Shown here: piece by piece, positions 25,281 through 38,054 of the stretch
Layout: each line of letters opens with the position of its first letter
Numbering within the stretch: the stretch's first letter is position 1
NCBI GenBank assembly: GCA_951406725.2
Contig: OX597816.1
Location: 4,464,001-4,528,000 of the forward strand
Source of the DNA: Octopus vulgaris
Taxonomy: Eukaryota
Length of the DNA: 64,000 nucleotides
Direction: 5' to 3'
The notes under the pieces: generated by a model
Told to the model about the DNA's origin: nothing
Database searches by the model: none
The model's input: the letters and a program-made list of their open reading frames with translations, nothing else
Made by a program: the position numbers and the translations under genes

Positions 25281-26082
25281 ATATTAAAAGATTAATACGG
25301 AAGACGGAGTGTAACTAGAAACATTTCTTCTTTTCTTCCCTCGACACAAGGCCTGAAATTTGTGGGGAGGGTGCCCAGTCGATTATATCGACCCCAGTGC
25401 GTAACTGGTACTTAATTTATCGACCCCGAAAGGTTGAAAGGCAAAGTCGACCTCGGTGGAATTTGAACTCAGAACGAAGCGGCAGACGCAATATCTAATT
25501 CTTTACTACCCACAAGGGGCTAAACACCGAGGGGACAAACAAGGACAGACATAGGTATTAAGTCGATTACATCGACCCCAGTGCGTAACTGGTACTTAAT
25601 TTATCGACCCCGAAAGGATGAAAGGCAAAGTCGACCTCGGTGGAATTTGAACTCAGAACGAAGCGGCAGACGAAATACCGCTAAGCATTACGCCCGGCGT
25701 GCTAACGTTTCTGCCAGCTCGCCGCCTTACTAGAAGTATTTATTAGCACAGCAATCGTTTCGGCTTTATATTGCCCTGCTCGCTAGTGAACGAGGAACGA
25801 TGCAAATAACACCGGATGCGACGCGCAGTGCAAAAGAGCATCCTCAACTTACATAGGATGGTTCACGAGATTTAGATTTACATTTGAAACGAAATCGAGA
25901 TGTAAATCTCGTGAACCATCTTATGTAACCTGAGGAGGCTCCTTTTGCGCTGTGCATTGCATCCGATGTTATTACATCGTTCCACGCTCACTAGCAAGCA
26001 GGGCAATATAAAGCCGAAACGATTGTTGTGCTAATAAATGCTCCTTGTTACACTCCTTCTTCTGTATTAATCTTTTATAATA
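25281..26082. repeat. Long imperfect palindrome whose left arm is interrupted by a family A SINE
   Basis: Left arm 25281-25320 plus 25729-25882; right arm about 25899-26082. GGC-aatataaa-GCC-GAAAC at 26002-26020. Confidence 0.85.
25325..25728 (-). mobile_element. SINE family A: head, new-tail unit, old-tail unit
   Basis: Old tail (cacaaggcctgaaatttgtggggaggg) at the left end; flanking actagaa duplication. Confidence 0.9.
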
Positions 26083-26544
26083 TGTGTGTGTGTCTGTGAA
26101 TGGGAAATTTGATTGTTTCATAAAGGCTGCGTCACACGAAATTTCAAGAATTATTTCCATGACAAAATCCCATTCCTGGTTCCTCACGAAATACCCTCTT
26201 CATCCTGTCATTTACACTCTACAATTGCTTCATTGTAGCACACTATAACCGCAGGTTATTTTTTCTTTATTTTTGTCTCGATGTGTTAGTTTAGCGTTTC
26301 TGTCTTTCAATGCATCAAATTGCTCTTCATTCAGCCGACTTCTTGCGAGGCGGTTGCAATCATTCAAACCTCTTTTTACCTATTTGGTCTTTGTGCATTT
26401 TCTGTTTCGAAAGCATACTGTTCTGAGTTTATTTCTCTGGTGTCTTAACCTCGTAAGTGGAAAAAGTATAAGCAAATATGGACGTATTGAGTTGATATGT
26501 TTAATAAAAGAAACAGAATTTTAAAAAATATATATGATTATATA

Positions 26545-26715
26545 GGCGCAGGAGTGGCTGTGTGGTAAGTAGCTTGTCTACTAACCACATGGTTCCGGGT
26601 TCAGTCTCACTGCGTGGCACCTTCGGCAAGTGTCTTCTACTATAGCCTTGGGCCGACCAAAGCCTTGTGAGTGGATTTGGTGGACGGAAACTGAAAGAAG
26701 CCCGTAGTATATATG

Positions 26716-26770
<55 letters not shown>

Positions 26771-26998
26771 ATATATGCGTGTGTGTGTTTGTGTATCTGT
26801 GTTTGTCCCCTAGCATTGCTTGACAACCGATGCTGGTGTGTTTACGTCCCCGTCACTTAGCGGTTCGGCAAAAGAGACCGATAAAATACGTACTGGGCTT
26901 ACAAAAGAATAAGTCCCGGGGTCGATTTGCTCGATTAAAGGCGGTGCTCCAGCATGGCCACAGTCAAATGACTGAAACAAGTAAAAGAGTAAAAGAGT
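26545..26998 (+). mobile_element. SINE family D, full length
   Basis: ggcgcaggagtggctgtgtggtaagtagc...gggttcagtc head; internal (TA)n(TG)n; (gagtaaaa)n tail. Confidence 0.92.
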
Positions 26999-27109
26999 AT
27001 ATGAATGTTGCTGTATCTTGGAGTTTGGTGCATTACGCCAATACTAATAACACACGCACTGGTTCAATTCTAGTTCTTTGTTGTTAGTCAATTGGTTAAA
27101 TATCGTCGT

Positions 27110-27498
27110 GGCACTCCGTCAGTTACGACGACGAGGGTTCCAGTTGATCCGATCAACGAAACAGCCAGCTCGTGAAATTAACGTGTAAGTGGCCGAGCAC
27201 TCCACAGACATGTGTACTTTTAATGTAGTTCTCTGCGAGATTCAGCGTGACACAGAATGTGACAATGCTGGCCCCTTTGAAATACAGGTACAACAGAAAC
27301 AGGACGAAAGAGTGAGAGAATGTTGTGGTGAAAGAATACAGCAGGGTTCGCCACTCCCCCCCCCCCCACTGCCGGAGCGTCGTGGAGCTTTATGTGTTTT
27401 CGCTCGAAAGACACTCACAACGCCCGGTCTGGGAATCGAAACCGCGATCCCACGACCGCGAGTCCGCTGCCCTAACCACTTGGCCATTACATCTCCAC
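27110..27498 (-). mobile_element. SINE family B
   Basis: Homologous to 5151-5539. Confidence 0.9.
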
Positions 27499-28017
27499 GT
27501 TAAATATCTAACCAACTAACTAATCGATCATTTGTTTAATTTGTTGTTTAAACAATCAATCGATTGTTTGTCGGTCCAAATCCTTTCGTCTCTATTCCTG
27601 ATCTCTTCAGCGGCATGACTTGAGCCTGTCTGAGAAAGTCTGATGCCTATGAGTATGTTGGCCTCTATGGGTGTGTGTGTAGAGGCTTTACTTACAAGAG
27701 AAGGTAAGGGTGAACGTAAACGAAGAGTTTGTGTATGGAGGGGCTTGCGTGTGTGCATGTGTATGTTTGTGTGTGTGTACACCCGCGTGACTATCTGTAT
27801 GTGTGTTTGTGTGCTTGTGGGTGTGTGTGCATTAGCCATCCGTGACCTCTTCAAGGGTTCGGCCTTTTGTTCTAGGTTAGTTCGGTCTGAGGTCTGCTGC
27901 CGTTTGTTCGTCATTCCGTAAAGATCTATGGGTGCAGTTCTTTATGTGGGGAGCGAGAGAAGGGGAAAAACAGGGTAGTTGTGTGTGTGTGAGATATATA
28001 TATATATATATATATAT

Positions 28018-28423
28018 ACTCTTTTACTCTTTTACATGTTTCAGTCATTTGACTTCGGCCATGCTGGAGCACCGCCTTTAGTCGAGCAAATCGACCCCAG
28101 GACTTATTCTTTGTAAGCCCAGTACTTATTCTATCGGTCTCTTTTGCCGAACCGCTAAGTGACGGGGACGTAACCACACCAGCATCGGTTGTCAAGCAAT
28201 ACTAGGGGGCAAACACAGACACACAAACACACATATATATATATATATATACATATATACGACAGGCTTCTTTCAGTTTCCGTCTACCAAATCCACTCAC
28301 AAGGCATTGGTCGGCCCGGGGCTATAGCAGAAGACACTTGCCCAAGGTGCCACACAGTGGGGACTGAACCCGGAACCATGTGGTTGGTAAGCAAGCTACT
28401 TACCACACAGCCACTCCTGCGCC
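28018..28423 (-). mobile_element. SINE family D
   Basis: Reverse complement of the 26545 copy. Confidence 0.92.
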
Positions 28424-28440
28424 TATATATATATATATAT

Positions 28441-28539
<99 letters not shown>

Positions 28540-28550
28540 TATATATATAG

Positions 28551-28581
<31 letters not shown>

Positions 28582-28742
28582 GTGAAGGGAAGAAATGGAG
28601 CCGAACGAAGATTCTACAAAATTCCTTTTTATTATTTTCTCCACATGTTTCAAAGGTGTCTTTTCTGGTGTGATTTTTGCTACACAGGTATCGGTTAAAT
28701 TTTGAATAATCCGTAACAAGATAATTCATTTATCCATTTCAT

Positions 28743-28810
<68 letters not shown>

Positions 28811-28872
28811 TAGATAGATATAGATATAGATATAGATAGATAGATATAGATATCTATAGATAGATAGATAGG

Positions 28873-28935
<63 letters not shown>

Positions 28936-28988
28936 GTAGGTAGGTAGGTAGGTAGAAAGAGAGGGAGATAGATAGATAGATAAACAGA

Positions 28989-29061
<73 letters not shown>

Positions 29062-29612
29062 ATCTGTGCACGTACGTGTATTTATTATGTTTTGCGAATT
29101 ATCTTGACGATATTGAGTGAGAATAGTGGAGATAAACTTCTGAAAGGAAATGAAATGTTCCTGTCCGCCGACGGAATCCTTCCGTAATTTTTATGGTTGT
29201 GTAAAAATATTTACTTGCCGTGTATTCCATGATGGTGGTTTTATTTAAACATTTAACAATATATTTACATGCGTGCCGTTACTGCATGTGTGTGTGTTTG
29301 TGAACATATTCACGTGCTTGTTGAATAAATAATGTGTGTAGAAACTATTAGATGAGTGTGTGCTGCACAAGCTTACAAAACTCGCAAAAGAGTAGTTTGA
29401 CAAACTGCTAGGGTTTTCTATTATTAACCGGTGTTGCCAAGGGACACACTTTTATGGAGACGACGGTTCTTGAGTGTTTGGCTGGTGTAGAACAGGTTCG
29501 GTTTCCTTCATCCGTTGGCATTTATTTTTTCCTTCGCAGATGAACACTGATGTTCTTGTCTTCAAGAAAAATGAAAATATTTTGATTGGCCAAAACCCTC
29601 CAACACACGCAC

Positions 29613-29688
<76 letters not shown>

Positions 29689-29700
29689 ATACACACACAA

Positions 29701-29731
<31 letters not shown>

Positions 29732-29822
29732 CACACACAAACACACAAACAGACACACACACACACACACAAACACACACAAACACACATACACACACAT
29801 ACACACACAAACACACACACAC
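28424..29822. repeat. (GATA)n, (TA)n, (GA)n and (CA)n tracts with short unique spacers
   Basis: Tracts at about 28424-28580, 28745-29060 and 29602-29822. Confidence 0.93.
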
Positions 29823-30482
29823 AATCTTCTTTTTCGTTGTGTAAATCATATTTAAATCCAGTTCATTGCAGGTCAAATAATGACCCAAGGACCAAATGCT
29901 AACGCTTCAAATTTCCAAGCTGGACATCCTGTAGCAACCTGTTCCGCCCGCCATGTTTTCCATTCATAACTTCCCTCTTTTGAAAATACGTGTACCAAGT
30001 TTTAAGTTTTTAACCACAAGAAATAACTGTCAGCTTTTGGCAGAATTCCTTTTAGATTTCTTAAAGGAGGTTTACGATCCTTTGCATCATTTTTGCCAAC
30101 AACTTCTAGCTGGGGTCATATTTCCCCCCAATTAGCCATTAAGCTTGTTAACGTCTGCAGTATCCTCTTTTAATTGCACATTAATTTACATTTTCAAACT
30201 TGTGCTGGTATTTGTTTCAGAAATTCAAAATACAAGTTGATTCCATAATTTTCCAGTAATATTAATTCAGTTCTAGATTTGGAAGAAAAATTGCATCAGT
30301 TAACAGAATTTCCTTTCACTTATTTCAAGTGTGTCTTTCGCAGCTGAAATGGTTTTTAAGCATTGTTTTGTACCAGGTCTGTAATTTGTTTATTTGTTTT
30401 GTGCTTTGCAGTAAAATGGCTGTGAGGACATCCTCTACGTGAGAGGTTAGCATAATTTTTGTCAAGAGGTTTGTCTTTCTAC

Positions 30483-30529
<47 letters not shown>

Positions 30530-30849
30530 TCTATACATGCATGAATACATGCATGAATACATACATGTATGTGTGTGTGTTTGTGTGTGTACAATTACAT
30601 TCACACATACACATAAGCATACACACACACGTGGGTGAGTGGACAAATGAAAGATAAAAGTACTCAACACATAACTTAAAGCACACGAGACTTTAAGTTT
30701 CGCAGGCTTCTTACAAAATCCTAACTCATTCAGGCTCAAATAACCAGAGGCTCGGTCATCTGAGCCTGAATGAGCTTTCTCTAAAAAATCTGTAAAACTT
30801 TATGCCACATAGAACCGAATCAACCTGCCTGGAAAAACTTTATATATCT

Positions 30850-31259
30850 CTTTTTTTCTCTTTTACTTGTTTCAGTCATGTGACTGTGGCCATGCTGGAG
30901 CACCGCCTTTAGTCGAACAAATCGATCCCAGGACTTATTCTTTGTAAGCCTAGTACTTATTCCATCGGTCGCTTTTTGCCGAGCCGCTAAGTTACGGGGA
31001 CGTAAACACACCAGCATCGGTTGTTAAGCGATGATGGGGGACAAACAGACAGACACCCCAAACACACACACACATATATATATATATACATATATACGAC
31101 AGACTTATTTCACTTTCCGTCTACCAAATCCACTCACAAGGCTTTGGTTGGCCCGAGGCAATAGCAGAAGACACTTGCTCAAGGTGCCACACAGTGGGAC
31201 TGAACCCAGAACCATGTGGTTGGTAAGCAAGCTACTTACCACACAGCCACTCCTGCGCC
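30850..31259 (-). mobile_element. SINE family D, with (TA)n adjoining to 31441
   Basis: Homology to the other D copies. Confidence 0.9.
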
Positions 31260-31260
31260 T

Positions 31261-31446
<186 letters not shown>

Positions 31447-32644
31447 CCCCTGGCAAATATTCAATTTTTTTCTTTACGTGGTTTATTTGAGGTACATTTT
31501 CTTCATGCATTTTTAATCCGCGCAGGCCGTATGACTTGTATATTTAGTGATTAAATATCTAACCTAAATTATCTGGTCTCCAAGTACACTAAATAATAAC
31601 TATATTTCTTGTTCTATCACTTAATAGCAATGTAATCGCTATCTCGATTTCTTTCATAAATCACTGCTTCATAAGTGCGGCTAGTGTCAGGTGCATCTCT
31701 ACATTACATGCGCGCGCATGCGCACGCGCACACACACTTACGCCCGCATACACGCACGTATATATAGATATCATGCCTATAAAACGGATTTACAAATTCA
31801 ATACACATACCTATCTTACATCTATTTTCTTTCCTCCACCTCACTCTCTATTTTGTATCACATCGAAACTAACTATGACTTAATTTTTCCTCTCTCACCG
31901 TCTCCGATGAAGGGATATTATTGATTAATATCCTAGAAACAGCTGTAAGACCTTCAATCTATAAATGCTCTATTATCTTTACAGCCTTCGTTTTTTTATC
32001 TCATTACGCAAAAACTTCTTATATAGATATCATGCATATTTATATGTTTATAAACAAAAATTTAGGTAAGTTCAAATGTGTTTGGGACATATTGTATCTG
32101 TACAAACGCCCGGCTAATTTACCGTGGAGTGCGTTTCGCATTTATGCCAGTAGGTGTTGAAAAAACACCAACAATCATTTCAAGGCGCCCTCTCTCGGCG
32201 GTACGGTCAATGCATTTCTCGATCCTTGGCGAACATCAGCAAGATGAACTGCAAGAGAGACAATTAAACAAAATAATTTAGTGAGGACACAAGCAAATAT
32301 TTATATGAATTCAATAATGTTTGGGACATATTTCATTTGTACAAAGGTCGTATTTGCTGCTGAATTTGCCCCGGTGAACCTACCTCGCTTCCTGCAATAA
32401 GTATCGAAAAATAGCAATAACAGCGAGAAAAACTATTCACGCCAAATTAGAAGTGAATACGCCATTTGTACGTCAGATAAACGCCAAACATATCTCAACT
32501 GATCAAAATATTTGCTTATTTACAATATTACTTTCTCGCACTCACTACTACGAGTATATACATACATTCATATATATATAAACACACACACACACACACA
32601 CACATACACACACACATATATATATATATATATACATATATGAA

Positions 32645-32850
32645 GTTAATCCTAACATGACAACACAAAGGGAAAACACAACAGCGCGAGGACGTGGAAC
32701 AAGTATAGTGTTATTGGACGCTCAGGAAAGGGAAGAAAGAAGGATTTAACGTTTCGAGCGGAGCTCTTCGTCAGATACATAGTGAAAGGAAAGATCCAAG
32801 GAAGGGAAGACGGAGGAAAAAAATCGCCAACGGTACACACAGGTCACATT
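32645..32850 (-). mobile_element. PLE-type pseudo-LTR between microsatellites
   Basis: Contains a hammerhead core; layout resembles the 4965-5610 element. Confidence 0.6.
32744..32780 (-). ncRNA. Minimal type I hammerhead ribozyme motif
   Basis: Minus strand: CUGACGA-A-GAGC-ucc-GCUC-GAAA-CGUU. Intact core, palindromic AACGUU; stem I is weak. Confidence 0.65.
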
Positions 32851-32857
32851 TTGAATG

Positions 32858-32944
<87 letters not shown>

Positions 32945-34275
32945 GGGTGTGTGTGTGTGAGTGTTGTGTGTGTGTATGTATGTATGTCTCATCTATTTTT
33001 TAATTATTACAAATCTTCCACTCAGGAGGGAGCCTGTTTCCAACAAAGACACAAGGCTCCATCTTTGGCATGTAGTTAACAGACAAATTCACATTTGGAA
33101 CTTGATATTTTTATTGTTCTACTCACAGATTGCATTTGTAATGTACGAATTATCCGCTCAGTTTCACTTTCTGAAAATCCCAGTTTATCCAGATTCTCCT
33201 TTAAGCATTTACTAACAAAACCTAGTGTTCCAATATTATTCGCCATGATAGATCGCTAGCCATTACATATTCTTTATTTTCTCTCCTTGTTTCTTTCTGT
33301 GTTGCTTTCTCAAAGAGTTAAAATTGAGAAAAGAACCTTTTTAGAAAGTGGAGACCATAATAGAAGTCTGATACATATGTTATCCATACATACATGCATA
33401 CATTTATATGCGTAAGACAAACTGGGGTAGTTAGAGAGAGAGAGAGGCAAAGAGTGAGAGAGAGATGGGAAAAGAGTGAGAGAGAGAGGCAAAGAGTGAG
33501 AGAGAGAGAGAGAGAGGGGGAAAGAGTGAGAGAGAGAGAGAGGTAAAGAGTGAGAGAGAGAGAGAGAGAGAGAGCAGTAAACTACAGATATTATGAGGAA
33601 ATGTTTCGTAGTAGGACCAAGTCTGCAAGATTTAGAGTATAATTCAAATAATAGTTATAAAATAATAGCCGTTCCGAATGTTAATGACTGTCGCATTTAA
33701 ATAATGAAATACAAAAATCTTTCGGGACATAGTATAACACACACACACACATACACACACACGCATACGTCGTAAAACACCAGGCAGAAACACTGAGAAA
33801 TATGAGGTGGACAGAATCTGCGAGCAAAATACGGAAACGCGCAAACTGACAAATTTAATCTAATATAATGGTAATATTTGAGAATTCCATCAAGAATCTA
33901 ATTGACGTTGTAGATATGAGTAGATTATTGGAGGTGATAATAAAAATTATTGTAATGATATCTGATACAACAATTTCGTTCGATTAAGAGCAATTGGAAA
34001 TGTCTTTAGCATCTGGTCGGTGGACATTATCAAATTCTGTGTTATTATAAGTGTGGCGAGTTTAAGTGAGAGTTGTCTGACAGCAACAGATCAAGACTAA
34101 CCTTTGTGTGTGTGTGTCTGTGTATGAAATATATATCCATACACATATACATGCATGTGTGTGTATACATATATATATATACATACATATATTTATATAC
34201 ATATAACATAGAGAAGCACACACACATACACATATATATATATATATATATATATACACGCACGTATGCACATAC

Positions 34276-34326
<51 letters not shown>

Positions 34327-34377
34327 CATACACACGTACACACACACACATATGTATATATGACACAGTTGTATATT

Positions 34378-35067
34378 TATTTCTTTATTGCCCGCGGGGG
34401 ATAAGCATAGAGAGGGTAAACAAGGACAGACAAATGGATTAAGTCGATTATATCGTCCCCAGTGCGTAACTGGTACTTAAGTTATCGACCCCGAAAGGAT
34501 GAAAGGCAAAGTCGACCTCGGCGGAATTTGAACTCAGAGCGTAGCGGCAGACGAAATACAGCTAAGCATTTCGCCCGGCGTGCTAACGATTCTGCCGCCC
34601 TATATAGTTGTATATTATCATCTCAATACAGTATCAGAAATTGTCGCAACTATTATTTATATTTCTTTACTACCCACAAGGAGCTAAACACAGAGGGGAC
34701 AAACAAAGACAGACAAACGGATTAAGTCGATTACATCTACCCCAGTGCGTAACTGGTACTTATTTAATCGACTCCGAAAGGATGAAAGGCAAAGTCGACC
34801 TCGGCGGGATTTGAACTCAGAACGTAACGGTAGACGAAATACCTATTTCTTTATTACCCACAAGGGGCTAAACACAGAGGGGACAAACAAGGACAGACAA
34901 AGGGATTAAGTCGATTATATCGACCCAGTGCGTAACTGGTTCTTAAGTTATCGACCCTGAAAGGATGAAAGGCAAAGTCGACCTCGGCGGAATTTGAACT
35001 CAGAACGTAACGGCAGACGAAATACGGCTACGCCCGGCGTGCTGACGTTTCTGCCATCTCGCCGCGA
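34378..35067 (-). mobile_element. SINE family A monomer (34378-34600) and dimer (34660-35067)
   Basis: Family A homology; a ~55-bp duplication flanks the dimer. Confidence 0.9.
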
Positions 35068-35729
35068 TTGAAACATAGTTGTATATTATCATCTCAATAC
35101 AATATCAGAAATTGTCGTAATTATTATTTATATTGAGTTTAAGACAAAAGTAAGTCAGTCGAACTACGTTTCGTTTATCTCTGTTCTGAGTTCCAATCCC
35201 GTCGGGATCGAATATTGTGTGTTTTCGCAATGACACATCTGAAAGTAAATTGCATCTATCCTCTGGGTGATTTGCCAATTCTGTTTAACAGTTTTTAAAT
35301 CTGGATTCTATATTGATTATTTGATTAGTTCTTATCCAAGAACAACCATAATTAGTTTGCGTTGGTATTTTCCATTATTGTTAAGATTAGTTTTCTGTAT
35401 TCGATGTGTTCATGCCCTGGTGGAAATAGTTTTCTATGTCCTATTGAAATCTCATTTCACTGTAAACAGCAATTAAGAGCTAATGTTTCCCAGTGTCACC
35501 ATAAATGAAAATGAAAACTATTTTCTTTCTATTGACACTACGATGTTAATGTTACAGTCTTAACTCATTACAACCGAAATGTTAAAAACGTCTCAAGGAA
35601 TCCAAAAAAAATGGCTTTATTTTTTTTCATTAAATTATTTTTGAAATTTTTCAACTCGTTTAATTTCTATTTAACATCTTAAAATTATTCCCTCGAACGA
35701 AATATTGCTTTCAGTCCACCAATTTTGTG

Positions 35730-35905
35730 TAAGAGGTGAGTCTATTACATCCATCTCAGTACTCAACTTGTACTTATCTCGTCGATCTCAAAAAGATGAA
35801 AGCAAAGTGGACCTCGGCGGAATTTGAACTCAGGACGTAAAGACGAACGAAACCCCGCTAAGCAATTTCCCCGACATGCCAACGATTCTTTTACCTCACC
35901 GCCTT
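35730..35905 (-). mobile_element. SINE family A, old degenerate copy
   Basis: ...gatgaaagcaaagtggacctcggcggaatttgaactcag...caccgcctt. Confidence 0.75.
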
Positions 35906-36040
35906 CCTTGAACGTAATAATGTTGTACAAATATATACGTTTGTCTTCTGGTTCGTGTCGGAAATTAAAGTTTTAACCATATTCATTTACGTTTAAAAAT
36001 GAACCCTTGATGCCGTTGTTGAAAACTGTGTTTTCGGTCA

Positions 36041-36456
36041 CACTTGCTCCACCGTGCAACGAATGTAAAGATCTTTGCGTGGCCGTATTTCGTCTGCCGA
36101 TACGTTCTGAGTTCAAATTCCGCTGAGGTCGACTTTGCCTTTCATCCTTTCGGGGTCGATAAATTAAGTACCAGTTACGCACTGAGGTCGATGTAATCGA
36201 CTTAATCCGCCTGTCTGTCCTTGTTTGGCCCCTCTGTGTTTAGCCCCTTGTGGGTAGTAAAGAAATAAAAATAGGTATTTCGACTGCCGTTACGTTCTGA
36301 GTTCAAATTCCGCCGTGGTCGACTTTGCCTTTCATCCTTTCGGAGTCGATAAATTAAGTACCAGTTGCGCACCGGGTCGATATAATCGATGTAATCCGTT
36401 TGCCTGTCCTTGTTTGCCCCCTTCTATGTTTAGCCCCTTGTGGGCAATAAAGAAAT
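36041..36456 (+). mobile_element. SINE family A dimer with an alternative 5' leader
   Basis: cacttgctccaccgtgcaacgaatgtaaagatctttgcg replaces the normal head. Confidence 0.88.
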
Positions 36457-36701
36457 AAGAAATCATGTGTCTTTATGTAGTATTTCAAGAAGCCAACATG
36501 GAGGAGACAATCACATTTTAAATCTGTGGTTTTATAATTTTTTGATTTCGTGGCACATTGCAAATTAAACAAATCAATTATTGAGGCATCGCATAAGGGA
36601 AGTAAAACAAAATCCAGGCTAAAAGTTAAACAATCAGAAACAAATATATAAAAAGGTGCTTCGTGCCTTATTTTCTTAATTAATTCTTGTTTATAACAAA
36701 A

Positions 36702-37090
36702 CTAGCAGTATCGCCCGGCGTTGCTCAGGTTTGTAAGGGAAATAACTATAAAGCATTTTTAGAGAGTTATAGCCAAAAAATAGCAAAAAAATGGAAAAAA
36801 AATTATGGTAAATTTTTTTTTGAGAGTAAAAAAAGGTTGAGTTGCGTCCCCTAGACAGTCTGTGGTTTGTTTTTTTTTGATTCTCGACCCCATGTCGAAT
36901 TTATCGATTTTTTTCAGAACTGGGGTTAACTTTTCAAAATTTTCGCTGCGTTAGTTTTGAATTATGACATTGGGCTATGTGTGTGTCAAGTTTCATCAGA
37001 ATCGGTTGAAAGCCGTGGTCAGGGTGAGGGTACGAGAAAACAGACACACAGAAACACGCACAGACAAACTGCCGTTTATATATAGAGAGA
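36702..37090 (-). mobile_element. Non-autonomous Helitron (same termini, different interior)
   Basis: a-CTAGcagtatcgcccggcgttgctcagg...tttatatatagagaGA-t. Confidence 0.75.
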
Positions 37091-37380
37091 TTATTAAACC
37101 ATTGTCTTTCTCAAGACGATTAAATATTAAGGTAGATTTTCTAAAGCCTTAAATTGTAATTTTAAAAGTTACACGACGTAGGTGTTTTCAAACGTTGCGT
37201 TCACCATTTGGGGATCACTGCTTTGCGCTATATTCATGAGAGTGCTACAGAAGATTTCTTTCGATGTGTTGCCGATATGGAACCTTCTTGCACTCAAAGA
37301 AAAAAAAACACAGCGCTTTGCCTAGCCTCCATGAGTATTTACTCCAACACTCCTTCTCATGAAGCACTTATTTCAATATA

Positions 37381-38054
37381 TATTTCTTTACTACCCACAA
37401 GGGGCTAAACATAGAGGGGACAAACAAGGACAGACAATGGGATTAAGTCGATTACATCGACCCCATGGCAGAATCGTTAGCACGCTAGACGAAAGGCTTA
37501 GCGGCATTTCGTCTGCCGTTACGTTCTGAGTTCAAATTCCGCCGAGGTCGACTTTGCCTTTCATCCTTTCAGGATCGATACATTAAGTACCAGTGACGCA
37601 CTGGAATCGATGTAATCGACTTAATCCCTTTGTATGTCCTTGTTTGTTCCCTCTGTGTGTAGCCCCTTGTGGATAGTAAAGAAATAGGTATTTCGTCTGC
37701 CGTTACGTTCTGAGTTCAAATTCCGCCGAGGCCAACTTTGCCTTTCATCCTTTCGGGATCGATTAAATAAGTACCAGTTACGCACTGGGGTCGATGTAAT
37801 CGACTTAATCCCTTTTTCTGTCCTTGTTGGTCCTCTCTGTCTTTAGTCCCTTGTGGGTAGTAAAGAAATAAGTATTTCGTCTGCCGTTACGTTCTGAGTT
37901 CAAATTCCACCGAGGTCGACTTTGCCTTTCATCCTTTCGGGGTCGATTAAATAAGTACCAGTTACGCACTGGGGTCGACGTAATCAACTTAATCCGTTTG
38001 TCTGTCCTTGTTTGTCCCCTCTATGTTTAGCCCCTTGTGTGTAGTAAAGAAATA
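37381..38054 (+). mobile_element. SINE family A trimer preceded by an inverted 3' tail fragment (37381-37464)
   Basis: tatttcaata duplicated at 37369-37378 and 38057-38066. Confidence 0.88.

Noticed and set aside
27610-27702. Possible exon (ctcttcag| ... GAAG|gtaagg)
   Set aside because: Splice-like signals only; no recognisable protein, and it includes TG-repeat sequence.
30411-30445. Possible micro-exon (ttgcag|taaaATGGCTGTGAGG...)
   Set aside because: Weak donors, an in-frame stop with one of them, and no support from other exons.
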